A stretch of DNA of 64,000 nt from Bacteroidales bacterium (GCA_041685495.1 JAWLFR010000003.1:5470-69469), one strand, 5' to 3'; numbered from the stretch's first letter, positions 50,658 through 61,074 are shown. The notes: generated from the sequence alone by a model not told the origin. A program made the numbers and translations.

Positions 50658-51410
50658 TTATTGCTTTTCAAGTTCTTCAGCCAGCTCATCGGTCATCTCA
50701 AGGTTATGAAATACATTCTGCACATCATCATCCTCTTCCAGTGCGTCAATAAGTTTTAGCACCCTCACCGAGCTTTCAATATCCAGGCTCTTATTATCAT
50801 TAGGCACCCTCTGCAGATCGGCACTTACCGGCTCAACACCCATTTCTTCCAGCTTCCTGTTAAGGTTTCCAAAATCTTCAATGGCACAGCTCACTGTTAT
50901 CATATCATCATCTGCCTCAATTTCTTCAGCACCCCCGTCTATTAATTCCAGCTCAAACTCATCCATATCAATTTCATCATTTTTCCTGACAGTAAAGATC
51001 CCTTTTCTCTCGAAAAGGAAGCTGAGGGAACCATTAGTTCCAAGGTTGCCTCCGTGCCTGTTAAATATTGACCTCACGCTGGCAACAGTACGGTTATTAT
51101 TATCCGAAAGACATTCCACAAACACGGCTATCCCGTTAGGTGCATATCCTTCAAAAGTTATCTCCTCGTACTTTGCAGCATCATCACCGCTGGCCTTCTT
51201 TATTGCCCTTTCTATGTTATCCTTGGGCATATTGGCACCTTTTGCATTCTGCACTGCCAGACGAAGAGCCGGATTAGTCTCCGGATCAGGCCCTCCTTCT
51301 CTTGCGGCTACTGTAATTTCCTTAATCAAGCGGGTGAACATTTTGCCTCTTTTAGCATCATTGGCACCCTTTTTTCTTTTGATGGTCGACCATTTGCTAT
51401 GTCCTGACAT
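50658..51410 (-). CDS. yebC: YebC/PmpR-family DNA-binding regulator
   Basis: 250 aa. MSGHSKWSTIKRKKGANDAKRGK is the diagnostic N-terminus. Confidence 0.9.
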   Translation of the reverse strand: MSGHSKWSTIKRKKGANDAKRGKMFTRLIKEITVAAREGGPDPETNPALRLAVQNAKGANMPKDNIERAIKKASGDDAAKYEEITFEGYAPNGIAVFVECLSDNNNRTVASVRSIFNRHGGNLGTNGSLSFLFERKGIFTVRKNDEIDMDEFELELIDGGAEEIEADDDMITVSCAIEDFGNLNRKLEEMGVEPVSADLQRVPNDNKSLDIESSVRVLKLIDALEEDDDVQNVFHNLEMTDELAEELEKQ

Positions 51411-51550
51411 AATTATCTTATTAATCCATTTATCACTCGTTTACAATTTTATAATTATCTGTATACTAGTTAATTATAAAGCCCGAGAACGAATACAGCT
51501 GCTTACTTACAGTAGTACTGCCTGTAAGCTGCCTGCGCTCAGTTCAATTG

Positions 51551-51586
51551 CAAAAATACGAAAAACACCGGTTTCTCAACCGGTGT
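51551..51586 (-). terminator. Rho-independent terminator (minus strand)
   Basis: A perfect 9-bp stem pairs ACACCGGTT (51565-51573) with AACCGGTGT (51578-51586) around the loop tctc. On the minus strand it is followed by TTTTCGTATTTTTG. Confidence 0.65.
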
Positions 51587-51709
51587 CTTCAAAACAAAAT
51601 GGTGGGTCAACAAATTTGATATATTATCCCTGCCTGATGGATCGCTTAAAATCACTCACCATTAACCACCGGGAGGGGAAAATTTACCTGCCTGATGGGT
51701 CGGAATAAT

Positions 51710-52399
51710 TTACCTGTCGCCATTGGGAATGATATATTCTCCTTTCTCAACGAGTACTGCCTGGTAAAACGAGGCAAAAGTGGCCTTTACCCACATAGCG
51801 GCAATAAAGACACCAAAGAAAAGAACAATAAGGCCGCCAATAAAAATAAAGAAGGCCATTATTCCCATCCAGAAGATGCGCCACCCGTGACCCTTTGTTA
51901 ACCTCCAGCTCTCCTCAACAGCCTTTACAGGGTCAAGTTTCTTATCCATTACCAGGTAGGGGACAAATACCAGGCGGCACGCAAAAACAATGCCCGGTAT
52001 AATAAGGAAGAAGATCCCGAATGCTATGATGGCGCCTGTCAGAAGTGATGCCAGCACAACATTCAGGTAATTTTTAAACACATCAAACATATCTTTTACT
52101 TCAAAATCATCCTTGCGTGCTGCCTTGAGGTAAACAAACTTTGAACCATATTCCAGCGGCGATAAAACAAATAATGAATATGCAAAACCGAATACCTGCG
52201 CTGACAGAACAGCCAGCGCTATAAGTGCATCATGCCTCAGGTTCATTTCAGAAATACTGAAAAAGCTGGCTACAGGTATGCTTGCAACAATTATGATCAT
52301 AATGACAAGGAATAATGATATGAATTTATCAGACATTACCCGCCATCCATGACGATATGCAGAACCTGCACCCGGTGTTATGTTTTCTATTCTTTCCAT
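51710..52399 (-). CDS. DUF975-like integral membrane protein
   Basis: 229 aa with 4-5 TM helices. The pattern PLEYG...YLKAAR...F..D.F...K, then IIPGIVF...Y, then AV..S..LTKGHGW resembles DUF975. Confidence 0.55.
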   Translation of the reverse strand: MERIENITPGAGSAYRHGWRVMSDKFISLFLVIMIIIVASIPVASFFSISEMNLRHDALIALAVLSAQVFGFAYSLFVLSPLEYGSKFVYLKAARKDDFEVKDMFDVFKNYLNVVLASLLTGAIIAFGIFFLIIPGIVFACRLVFVPYLVMDKKLDPVKAVEESWRLTKGHGWRIFWMGIMAFFIFIGGLIVLFFGVFIAAMWVKATFASFYQAVLVEKGEYIIPNGDR

Positions 52400-52568
52400 G
52401 ATAATTTATATTTTGATTACAGCTGCTAATATAATCATGGAAAACAACCGGAATCAATCCGCCGAAAGTAGGATTTATCGTTTATCCTGCTATAGTTGGG
52501 AAAGCATATAAATAAATCTCTTGTCATAAATCAAGTATTTTCTTTCATTTGTATTAAATTAACATCCG

Positions 52569-53519
52569 ATGATCAGGCTGGCTGTAATACTTGTAATTAT
52601 TATCTCTGTATCAGGCGGGGCGTACAGCCTGGTAATCCTGTCGCGACTCAGAAAAATATACCGTATTGACTACCTGCATAGCTTTTTCTATTATAAACTG
52701 CTTCATTTTTTTTTCGGCATCTACGGTATCCTGGGTGGCATTGCGGTCCGTGATATCCTACTTAAGTATGACATAAAAAATGCGGAAATAGAATCCATTG
52801 CCATTATTATACCCTTTTTTGGGGTGCCTTTTATTATAGCAGCATGGTACCTTTTAATAAAAACATCACATGAGCTTATTAAGAGAAAGCTGCAACAGTC
52901 TGTCTCTATAGTATTCTTTGTTATAGCCACTGCATCTTTCCTTGTTTACGGCTTTGTTATCAGGTACCTGCCTGGCAGCACCACATTCAGCAGTGCTGAA
53001 CTGAACCTGCTGGTAAGAATTGTATTTTACAGCCTTGATTTGGCCGTCAAAATATATGTGATGGTGCTGCTGGTATCCTCGGCAATGCGCTGCAATAATA
53101 AAGATAAGAGGATACTGCTGGTACGTTTCGGATTTATCACAGCCGGACTGGCACTGCTGAGTGCTTTTGCATTGCATTTTGCTTTCCGCAATATCCTGGC
53201 AGGACCATATTTCCTGCTTCTGTATTTCGGATCGGACCTTGTGCTTGTATTCCTGATGAAGGCATACCTTGGAAAAAATGCGGATGAATTCAACCATATC
53301 ACAGACCCGCTGGAAAACCTGTACCAGAAATACGGCATATCAAAAAGGGAACGGGAAATTATAAGCGGGATATGCAAGGGAAAGACAAACCAGGAGATAG
53401 CCGATGAACTGTTCATCTCAGTTCAGACGGTAAAAGACCATACATATATTATTTTCAGAAAAGTAAATGTGAGAAACAGGGTACAGCTGGCTCATATCTT
53501 CTCAAAACATAATAAATGA
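52569..53519 (+). CDS. Membrane-embedded LuxR-family transcriptional regulator (7 predicted TM helices plus C-terminal HTH)
   Basis: 316 aa. I read seven hydrophobic segments in residues 1-235. The C-terminal GerE/LuxR HTH is ISKREREIISGICKGKTNQEIADELFISVQTVKDHTYIIFRKVNVRNRVQL. Confidence 0.75.
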   Translation: MIRLAVILVIIISVSGGAYSLVILSRLRKIYRIDYLHSFFYYKLLHFFFGIYGILGGIAVRDILLKYDIKNAEIESIAIIIPFFGVPFIIAAWYLLIKTSHELIKRKLQQSVSIVFFVIATASFLVYGFVIRYLPGSTTFSSAELNLLVRIVFYSLDLAVKIYVMVLLVSSAMRCNNKDKRILLVRFGFITAGLALLSAFALHFAFRNILAGPYFLLLYFGSDLVLVFLMKAYLGKNADEFNHITDPLENLYQKYGISKREREIISGICKGKTNQEIADELFISVQTVKDHTYIIFRKVNVRNRVQLAHIFSKHNK

Positions 53520-53562
53520 ACCGGAATAAGTAATAAGGCTTCAGCCTCTAATATCACTCACC

Positions 53563-54900
53563 ATGTCTGCCAAAAAACGTATTCTCAACATATTATTCTG
53601 GTCGGTGATATCAGCAGCATTTATCGGTCCGGGTACCATAACAACTGCCGCTCGCAGTGGCTCTGCCTATGGAACAGATCTTCTGTGGGCCCTTCTGTTT
53701 TCCACAGCAGCCTGCCTGGTATTACAGGAAGCGGCCTCAAGGATAAGTATTATCACAGGAAAGAACCTGGGACAGTCCATAGCCGGCTATTTCGGAACCC
53801 GCTCCTCCGGAACACCTGTTCTGATACTTGTGCTCGGAGCTATACTTGTCGGCACCGCAGCGTACGAAATGGGAAACCTTATGGGGGCGGTAGCCGGACT
53901 GCAGCTGGTATTTGATATCCCGGCCTGGATACTTGTACTGGCAACAGGTGTGTCTGCAGCTATACTGCTGAGCATTCCCTCGCTGAAAAAAGTTTCAACA
54001 ATACTCGGTATACTGGTAGTTATAATGGGTATATCTTTCCTTTTAACCGCCATCATGGTCAGACCTTCATTCACGAATATTGTAAGGGGCACTTTTATCC
54101 CTTCTTTCCCCGGCCCGGAAGCAGGAATGCTGGTGCTTGCACTTATAGGCACCACCATCGTTCCCTATAACCTCTTTCTGGGCTCCGGCCTCTCTTCATC
54201 CGGACAGTCATTAAAAGAAATGCGCTTTGGCCTTGGCACCGCCATTATCCTTGGTGGTATATTTTCCATGGCGGTGCTTATTGTGGGTTCCGCCGTTGAT
54301 GGTATATTCTCTTTTGACAGCCTGGCCGCTGTTCTGGAAACGGGCATAGGCCCTGCCGGCAAGTACCTGCTCGGCTTCGGCCTGTTTGCTGCAGGATTCA
54401 CCTCCGCAGTCACCGCACCCCTGGCTGCCGCCATTACACTGCGCAGCCTTTTCGGTCAGCCATACCCGGAAAAATGGAAAGCCGGAAGCTGGCGGTTCCG
54501 GTCGGGATGGTTAAGTGTACTGCTTGCCGGAGTGATCTTTGCATCACTTAATTTCAGGCCTGTTCCGGCTATAATAATTGCCCAGGCACTGAACGGATTT
54601 CTTCTGCCATTTATAAGCATCTTCCTGTTCATAATAATACGCAAAAGCATACAGAAAAGATCCCTGCCGGTCAGGATTTCCAGCTTCCTGATGCTGGCAG
54701 TAATCTTCATAACCTTAATCATAGGACTTAACAGCGCCGTGAAGGCCGTAATCAACCTGGTAAGTGAGGGATCGCCCGTCACAATGCCTGTTCAGATAAT
54801 AATAGTATGCTTCTCACTGGCCCTGGTAGTAATGGTGGGACTGGCCGGCAGGCAGATGTATAACAATCAGGATAATAATAACAGGATGAAAAATGCATAA
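53563..54900 (+). CDS. NRAMP-fold permease lacking the canonical metal-binding signature
   Basis: 445 aa with about 11 TM helices and overall NRAMP/MntH-like order. The TM1 motif is GPGT (nt 53626-53637) instead of DPGN. The TM6 motif is GTTIVPYN (VPY at nt 54160-54168) instead of GA-x-x-MPHN. Confidence 0.8.
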   Translation: MSAKKRILNILFWSVISAAFIGPGTITTAARSGSAYGTDLLWALLFSTAACLVLQEAASRISIITGKNLGQSIAGYFGTRSSGTPVLILVLGAILVGTAAYEMGNLMGAVAGLQLVFDIPAWILVLATGVSAAILLSIPSLKKVSTILGILVVIMGISFLLTAIMVRPSFTNIVRGTFIPSFPGPEAGMLVLALIGTTIVPYNLFLGSGLSSSGQSLKEMRFGLGTAIILGGIFSMAVLIVGSAVDGIFSFDSLAAVLETGIGPAGKYLLGFGLFAAGFTSAVTAPLAAAITLRSLFGQPYPEKWKAGSWRFRSGWLSVLLAGVIFASLNFRPVPAIIIAQALNGFLLPFISIFLFIIIRKSIQKRSLPVRISSFLMLAVIFITLIIGLNSAVKAVINLVSEGSPVTMPVQIIIVCFSLALVVMVGLAGRQMYNNQDNNNRMKNA

Positions 54901-57900
54901 GGAAGAGTATAAAATATTTGTAGATACCGGCGGCACCTTCACAGATTGTATAGGCATTGACGGCGGCGGCAGGCGCAAACGTCTCAAGGTGTTGAGCAAC
55001 AGCAGCCTGAGAGGCAGCATAACAGATATTGTTTCACCTGTGGAGTTTATTATAAAAGAATCATGGAAGCTGCCACGCGACCTTGTCAGGGGCTTCTCTT
55101 TCCGTATAATACCCGGATCATATTCAGGTGTTTTGGTCGAAAGCTATGATATTGAATCATCCCGCATCATACTGAGCAGACCGCTGCCTGAGATGCCTGA
55201 AAAGAACAGCAATTTTGAGATCACATCGAATGAAGAAGCGCCCATACTGGGGATACGCCTGCTGACTGAAACAGGTCTGGACGAAAAATTCCCGCCTTTA
55301 ACCCTGAAACTGGGGTCTACCACCGGAACAAATGCTTTACTGGAGAGAAAAGGAGCAAGGACATTATTTATAACAACAACCGGCTTTTCCGACCTGCTGG
55401 AGATAGGCAAGCAGTCGCGACCCGACATATTTGCCCTGAACGTAAAAAAACGATCCATGCTGTACAGCCATGTTATTGAGCTGGATGAGCGTATTGATGC
55501 AGACGGCAGGGTATTACATGCACCGGATATTGACAGGCTCCGCGCCATGCTACAAAAAGAAGAGGCCGCTTCATATGAATCAGTTGCCATCTGCCTTATG
55601 AACAGCTTCATTAACCCGGCACATGAGAACCTTGTAGTAAATGAATTAAAGGCCCTGGGCATAGAATATATCTCGGCTTCACATAATATATCCCCTCTGA
55701 TAAAAATCCAGAACCGCGCAGATACAACGGTTGTTAACGCATACCTTGCACCTGTCATCAATAAATATGTCAAAGGCATAAAAAAATATACAGGCAACAG
55801 CCAGTTCCAGGTTATGACCAGTGCGGGCGGACTGGTGCAGGCAGGACATTTCCTTCCAAAAGACAGCCTGCTCAGCGGCCCGGCCGGAGGTGTGGCAGGT
55901 GCACTGGCCATAGGAGAAAAGTCGGGTTACAGGAAACTTATAACATTTGATATGGGCGGCACCAGCACCGATGTTTCACGCGTTGACGGATCCTTTGATT
56001 ACAGGTATGAGCTGGAGGTGGGTGATGCCCGTATCAACAGTCCTGCCATTGCCATTGAAACAGTGGCAGCCGGAGGCGGTTCTGTCTGCGGCTTCGACGG
56101 GTATAAGCTGTTCGTTGGCCCGGAAAGTGCCGGTGCCTGGCCCGGACCAGCATGCTATGGAGCGGGTGGACCTCTGACCCTTACAGATGTTAACCTGCTG
56201 CTTGGCCGGCTTGATACGCGTCAGTTTGGTATACCTGTATTTATATCGCATGCAAAAGGGTGCCTTGATAAACTGGTAAGGGAGATAAAAGAGAAGACAG
56301 GTAAAGAAAGAAAGCCCAGGGATATTCTTCAGGGTTTTGCAGACATAGCCAATGAGCTAATGGCCGGGGCTATAAGGAAGATATCACTTGCAAGGGGATA
56401 TAAGCCTTCCGACTTTGCAATGGTAGCATTCGGCGGCGCCGGAGGCCTGCATGCATGTGATATTGCAGATATCCTGGATATTGGCACTGTCTTACTGCCC
56501 GGGGATGCAGGTCTGCTGAGTGCTTATGGTATAGGTAATGCTGCGGTGGAACGCTTCTCCGTCAAACAGATACTGAAAGACCTGGACCAGGTAAAGGATA
56601 GTCTGGACGAGCTCTTTGCCGGCTGTGAAGCTGAGGCCTCAAGACTGCTGCTTGAAGAAGGGTTCCCGGCTGAAAAGATAAAAACCCACCGCAAACTGGC
56701 TTTTATGCGCTACAGGGGCCAGGACAGCTGCCTGGAAATACCCTGCACCAATACAGAAAGTCTTGCCGGTGACTTTCGCAGCCTGTATAAAGACACATAC
56801 GGGCACAGTGTCAGCGGGCGCAGCATAGAAGTGGAATCCATCAGGGCCATTGTAAGGGTACATGAAGAGGACAGTATGGATGAGCAGCCCGTAACAGGCA
56901 GCCATAAACCGGAACCCTCACATATGGTTAATGACAGAACACCTGTATTCACATTCGATTCACTGGGACCGGGCGATTGTTTTGAGGGCACTGCACTGCT
57001 TACAGACCATTTTGCAACAACATGGCTGAAAAAAGGCTGGCACCTGAAAATTGATCAGGCCGGTACAGCTATTCTAAGCCGCCGGCAAAAAAAGAGTGTG
57101 AAAAAAGATCCCGGGGCACAGGAGACAGAGCTGGAATTATTTAGCAAGCGCTTTATGTCAATAGCAGAAAACATGGGTGCACTACTGCAACGCACGGCCC
57201 TTTCGGTAAACATTAAAGAGCGACTCGATTTTTCATGCGCCCTGCTGGATGCCGAAGGCAGGCTGGTGGCCAACGCACCTCATATACCAGTACACCTTGG
57301 CGGGCTGGGCGTATGTGTAAGAGAGTTGTTAAAACATTTCAGCTTCGAAGAAGGTGATACAATCGTTACCAATCACCCGAAATACGGTGGATCACACCTT
57401 CCTGATGTTACCATGGTGAGCCCGGTCTATTATAAAGGTGAACGTGTTGGCTTCGTGGTAAACAGGGCCCATCACAGCGAGATAGGAGGTATCAGTCCGG
57501 GTTCCATGCCTCCCGGTGCAGCCAGCCTGCAGGAAGAAGGGGTTGTAATAAGCCCTTTCTACCTTGTCAAAAAAGGAGTGCTCAACCGGGATGGTATGAG
57601 GGAAATACTTACTGATTATCCCTACCCCAGCCGTTCTGCAGAAGAAAATATGGCCGACCTTAATGCATCCCTGGCCGCCAATCATAACGGAAGCAAAGCA
57701 TTACTTACCCTTATCAGCCGGCATGGCAGGCAGACAGTTGTAGATTATATGGATCAGCTGCGGTCCTACGCCTCATCCCGAATGAAAGGCACACTGACAA
57801 AATTTACAGATGGTACATACAGGGCTGTTGAGTATCTGGATGATGGTTCCGTGATAAAAGCAGCTATTATGCTTGACGCAGGAAAATGCACCATTGATTT

Positions 57901-58651
57901 TACCGGCAGTGCGGATGTTAATGATTCAAATATGAATGCTACGGAAGCCATAGTCAAAAGCGTAACCATCTACGTTCTCCGTTTGCTCCTTGACGAGCCC
58001 ATACCCCTCAATGACGGGCTTATGGAACCTGTCAGAATAATACTCCCTCATGGAATGCTGAATCCTGTGTTTGTCGATAAGCCGGAACTATGCCCGGCCG
58101 TTGTGGGTGGAAACGTAGAAATAAGCCAGCGCCTTACTGACACCCTGCTCAAGGCTTTCGGCATTATAGCTGCCAGTCAGGGCACAATGAACAACACCCT
58201 GTTCGGCAATGATAATTTCGGCTATTATGAAACCGTGTGCGGGGGATGCGGGGCGGGAAAAGGATTCAGGGGCGCTGATGCCGTGCATCACCATATGACA
58301 AACACAAAAATTACCGATCCGGAGATCATGGAGCACAGATACCCGGTAAGACTTGAAGAATTCTCTGTACGCAGAGGATCGGGAGGTCAGGGCAGATGGA
58401 AGGGAGGTGACGGGGTCAGGCGCGTCATAAGATTCCTTGAACCGGTTAATCTGTCAGTCCTGACGCAGAGGCGCCTGAGCGGCCCTTATGGATGCTCGGG
58501 CGGGACAGACGGACTGCCCGGCTGCCAGAAGATAATAAAAAAGAATGGTGATATTGTTCATCTCGGCTCCGTGCAGAATATAAACCTAGATGCAGGCGAC
58601 ATCTTCGTAATGGAAACACCAGGTGGAGGAGGTTTCGGGAAAGAAAGCTGA
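54893..58651 (+). CDS. Fused hydantoinase/oxoprolinase (HyuA-HyuB), ATP-dependent 5-oxoprolinase type
   Basis: 1252 aa. The N-terminal hydantoinase_A part has VDTGGTFTD and DMGGTSTDV. The C-terminal hydantoinase_B part has [22 protein letters not shown] and TPGGGGFG. Its size and fusion match eukaryote-type OPLAH. The start overlaps the permease stop by 8 nt (ATGCATAA). Confidence 0.85.
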   Translation: MHKEEYKIFVDTGGTFTDCIGIDGGGRRKRLKVLSNSSLRGSITDIVSPVEFIIKESWKLPRDLVRGFSFRIIPGSYSGVLVESYDIESSRIILSRPLPEMPEKNSNFEITSNEEAPILGIRLLTETGLDEKFPPLTLKLGSTTGTNALLERKGARTLFITTTGFSDLLEIGKQSRPDIFALNVKKRSMLYSHVIELDERIDADGRVLHAPDIDRLRAMLQKEEAASYESVAICLMNSFINPAHENLVVNELKALGIEYISASHNISPLIKIQNRADTTVVNAYLAPVINKYVKGIKKYTGNSQFQVMTSAGGLVQAGHFLPKDSLLSGPAGGVAGALAIGEKSGYRKLITFDMGGTSTDVSRVDGSFDYRYELEVGDARINSPAIAIETVAAGGGSVCGFDGYKLFVGPESAGAWPGPACYGAGGPLTLTDVNLLLGRLDTRQFGIPVFISHAKGCLDKLVREIKEKTGKERKPRDILQGFADIANELMAGAIRKISLARGYKPSDFAMVAFGGAGGLHACDIADILDIGTVLLPGDAGLLSAYGIGNAAVERFSVKQILKDLDQVKDSLDELFAGCEAEASRLLLEEGFPAEKIKTHRKLAFMRYRGQDSCLEIPCTNTESLAGDFRSLYKDTYGHSVSGRSIEVESIRAIVRVHEEDSMDEQPVTGSHKPEPSHMVNDRTPVFTFDSLGPGDCFEGTALLTDHFATTWLKKGWHLKIDQAGTAILSRRQKKSVKKDPGAQETELELFSKRFMSIAENMGALLQRTALSVNIKERLDFSCALLDAEGRLVANAPHIPVHLGGLGVCVRELLKHFSFEEGDTIVTNHPKYGGSHLPDVTMVSPVYYKGERVGFVVNRAHHSEIGGISPGSMPPGAASLQEEGVVISPFYLVKKGVLNRDGMREILTDYPYPSRSAEENMADLNASLAANHNGSKALLTLISRHGRQTVVDYMDQLRSYASSRMKGTLTKFTDGTYRAVEYLDDGSVIKAAIMLDAGKCTIDFTGSADVNDSNMNATEAIVKSVTIYVLRLLLDEPIPLNDGLMEPVRIILPHGMLNPVFVDKPELCPAVVGGNVEISQRLTDTLLKAFGIIAASQGTMNNTLFGNDNFGYYETVCGGCGAGKGFRGADAVHHHMTNTKITDPEIMEHRYPVRLEEFSVRRGSGGQGRWKGGDGVRRVIRFLEPVNLSVLTQRRLSGPYGCSGGTDGLPGCQKIIKKNGDIVHLGSVQNINLDAGDIFVMETPGGGGFGKES

Positions 58652-58824
58652 TTATAGGCCGGCTATAAACACATACTTATGACATTTATAAGCGGACCAG
58701 GTCCTGATTATGAAAAACATATAAAGGTTAGACGGGCAATAAACCCTTTGCCAGCGTCATCCGGGTATTGCTTTAACTATTCCTGTTTTTTTATCATCTT
58801 TGCAGTGTTAATAATTCAGATGAA

Positions 58825-59748
58825 ATGAGTATGAGCCTGATGAAACGATCTTATGAGGGTATGAAAAACAGTAACAAATTATACCTTGTTATCGGCGTAA
58901 TAATTCTTTTTGCGGCATCATGCCACAGGCCCCCGTCAAACAGGATAGAGGGAATTGATTTTTCTGATTGTGTCATCAGCGGTACCGGATCCACCTTTGA
59001 AATCGTCACTTTTAATATCAGGGCTTATCCGGTATATGGTGAAGAGACAGCCAAAACAGTAGCTGACCTGGTTAAGCAGATGGATGCTGATATTATTGCC
59101 CTGCAGGAGATAAGTAACGAAGAAGATTTTAATAACCTTGTTGACAGGCTTATAGGCTGGGAAGGGCTTTACTATCCTATTGATAACTCAATATGGAACC
59201 TGGCATACCTTTATAAGGTATCCGAAGTGAGCATTGATGAAACGAAAAGTAAAATAATCTTTGACGATGATTTCTGGTCCTTTCCACGCCCTCCTTTTGA
59301 AGTGCATGCCACCCATATACCTACGGGAACAGAGGCTATACTTATAAATAACCATTTCAAGTGTTGCGGTGGAAGCGATAACGAAGAGCGCCGCAGGAGT
59401 GCCACTGATTCACTGCATAAATACATATCGGATAATTACCCGGATGAGCCTGTGATCATCCTGGGCGATCTGAACGATGAGATTGATGGCGACAGCCGGG
59501 AAACAAATGTTTTCTGGACTATGGTCAATGACCCGGACAATTATACTTTCGCAGATATGAGCATAGCAAAGGGAAGCATGGCATGGTGGTCATACCCTTC
59601 ATGGCCCAGCCATATAGACCATATATGTGTTACTGATGAATTATTCGCCAGTATAGATACCACCATGGTGTTCAGACTGGATCAGTGCTATCCTGAATAC
59701 CCGGAAATGATATCAGACCACAGGCCTGTAATTCTGAGGCTGAAATAA
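58825..59748 (+). CDS. Endonuclease/exonuclease/phosphatase (EEP) family lipoprotein
   Basis: 307 aa with a lipobox (LFAASC). EEP motifs are IIALQE, ILGDLND and SDHRPV. The start codon is ambiguous, with several Met in the first 13 codons. Confidence 0.75.
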   Translation: MSMSLMKRSYEGMKNSNKLYLVIGVIILFAASCHRPPSNRIEGIDFSDCVISGTGSTFEIVTFNIRAYPVYGEETAKTVADLVKQMDADIIALQEISNEEDFNNLVDRLIGWEGLYYPIDNSIWNLAYLYKVSEVSIDETKSKIIFDDDFWSFPRPPFEVHATHIPTGTEAILINNHFKCCGGSDNEERRRSATDSLHKYISDNYPDEPVIILGDLNDEIDGDSRETNVFWTMVNDPDNYTFADMSIAKGSMAWWSYPSWPSHIDHICVTDELFASIDTTMVFRLDQCYPEYPEMISDHRPVILRLK

Positions 59749-59923
59749 AACCGGGACAGGATGTAAAATTGTTTACCCGGGTCACAGGAAAGGACCTTGA
59801 GTGAATCCGGCACTGACAGCACATATATACATGTACAGCTTTGAAATTGTTTACCCGGGAAGACCCTTACGTTGTTTAGCATTTATTATTATATTTAACT
59901 CCCGGAAACATATCCCGGCAAGC

Positions 59924-60910
59924 ATGTCAGGAATAAGAAGAAATATTATAAACGCTGCCACAGGCATTATAATTGGAGGTTTCTTCCTTTACCTTACCCT
60001 CAGGAACCAAGCTCTTGACAGGATACTTGAGCTTCTGTCAACAGCCAGAACAGGCTGGATACTCCTGGTTATTGCATTCCTTATAATAATGTTTTTCTTC
60101 AGGGCCTACAGGTGGAGACTGTTAATCAGGAACAGTGGTAAATATCCGGATATAGGAAATATCTCCTATTCACTTTTACTGGGTTTTTTTATTAACAGCT
60201 TCACTCCAAAGCTGGGAGAGATAATCAGATGTACATCCCTGAAAAAATCATCAGGAATTAAAGTGTCAAGGAGTTTTGGCACCGTTATTACCGAACGTTT
60301 TTATGATCTCCTTATACTCATTCTGGCAGTTTTAATAATCATGGCGCTGGAATTCAGGAGGCTGGGCGGACTGCTGGAGACGGCCAAAACCAGCATCATA
60401 AGCACAGTGTCTGAAAATTACCTGGTCCTTATATTCATAATATCGGGACTGCTGGTTACAGCCGCCATCCTGGTTTATTTATTCAAACGTTTCGGGGTAA
60501 TGGAAAAGATACGCATCTTCCTGAAGGATTTTCTGCTGACAGTGAAGCAGACATTCAGGATAAAATCCTACGGCATCTTCACATTTCAAACACTGATGAT
60601 ATGGCTGATGATGGTGCTTATGAATTATTGCTGCCTGAGGGCATTGCCATCAACTGATAACCTGAGTCTTTATTTCGCTTTTGTGGCCCTTTTTATTGGT
60701 ACCATTGGATGGGCTATCCCCAGTCCGGGCGGCATAGGAACAACGCATTTCTTTGTACTTCAATTATTCATACTTTTTAATATGAGTCCGGAGACAGGCA
60801 TAACATACGGCTTGCTTGTAAACGGGATAACGGTAGTATTCACTATTGCAGCCGGACTGCTGACAATAACGATAGTTAAATCCATAAGAATGGCCAGGCA
60901 ATTAAAATAA
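59924..60910 (+). CDS. UPF0104 / lysylphosphatidylglycerol-synthase-TM-region-like (flippase-like) membrane protein
   Basis: I prefer the ATG at 59924 (MSGIRRNIINAATG...) to the GTG at 59801 in the track. About 8 TM helices, with FFFRAYRWRLL and PKLGEIIRC motifs typical of the family. Confidence 0.65.
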   Translation: MSGIRRNIINAATGIIIGGFFLYLTLRNQALDRILELLSTARTGWILLVIAFLIIMFFFRAYRWRLLIRNSGKYPDIGNISYSLLLGFFINSFTPKLGEIIRCTSLKKSSGIKVSRSFGTVITERFYDLLILILAVLIIMALEFRRLGGLLETAKTSIISTVSENYLVLIFIISGLLVTAAILVYLFKRFGVMEKIRIFLKDFLLTVKQTFRIKSYGIFTFQTLMIWLMMVLMNYCCLRALPSTDNLSLYFAFVALFIGTIGWAIPSPGGIGTTHFFVLQLFILFNMSPETGITYGLLVNGITVVFTIAAGLLTITIVKSIRMARQLK

Positions 60911-61074
60911 ACTGCCTGCTGAAACACAGTTTTTATTATTAGCTTTTGTCTTTGTATTTTTGCCAGCCCGCCAGGGAATATTCACGGGAAAAAGGGATAA
61001 ATAAACTATAAGCCGGAAACATTGTTAAAAAACACCAGGAAATGATGAGCCGGGACTAAAGAATCGATAAAACA

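Noticed and set aside
50881-51708. A 275-aa plus-strand ORF antisense to yebC that runs into the intergenic spacer.
   Set aside because: The translation is serine/leucine-rich and low-complexity, and it is antisense to a highly conserved gene. It is most likely a chance open frame. The spacer part is better explained by the terminator and repeats described in the findings.
55144-55911. A 255-aa minus-strand ORF inside the oxoprolinase gene.
   Set aside because: It is antisense to a well-supported HyuA domain and carries no recognisable motifs. This is a typical shadow ORF.
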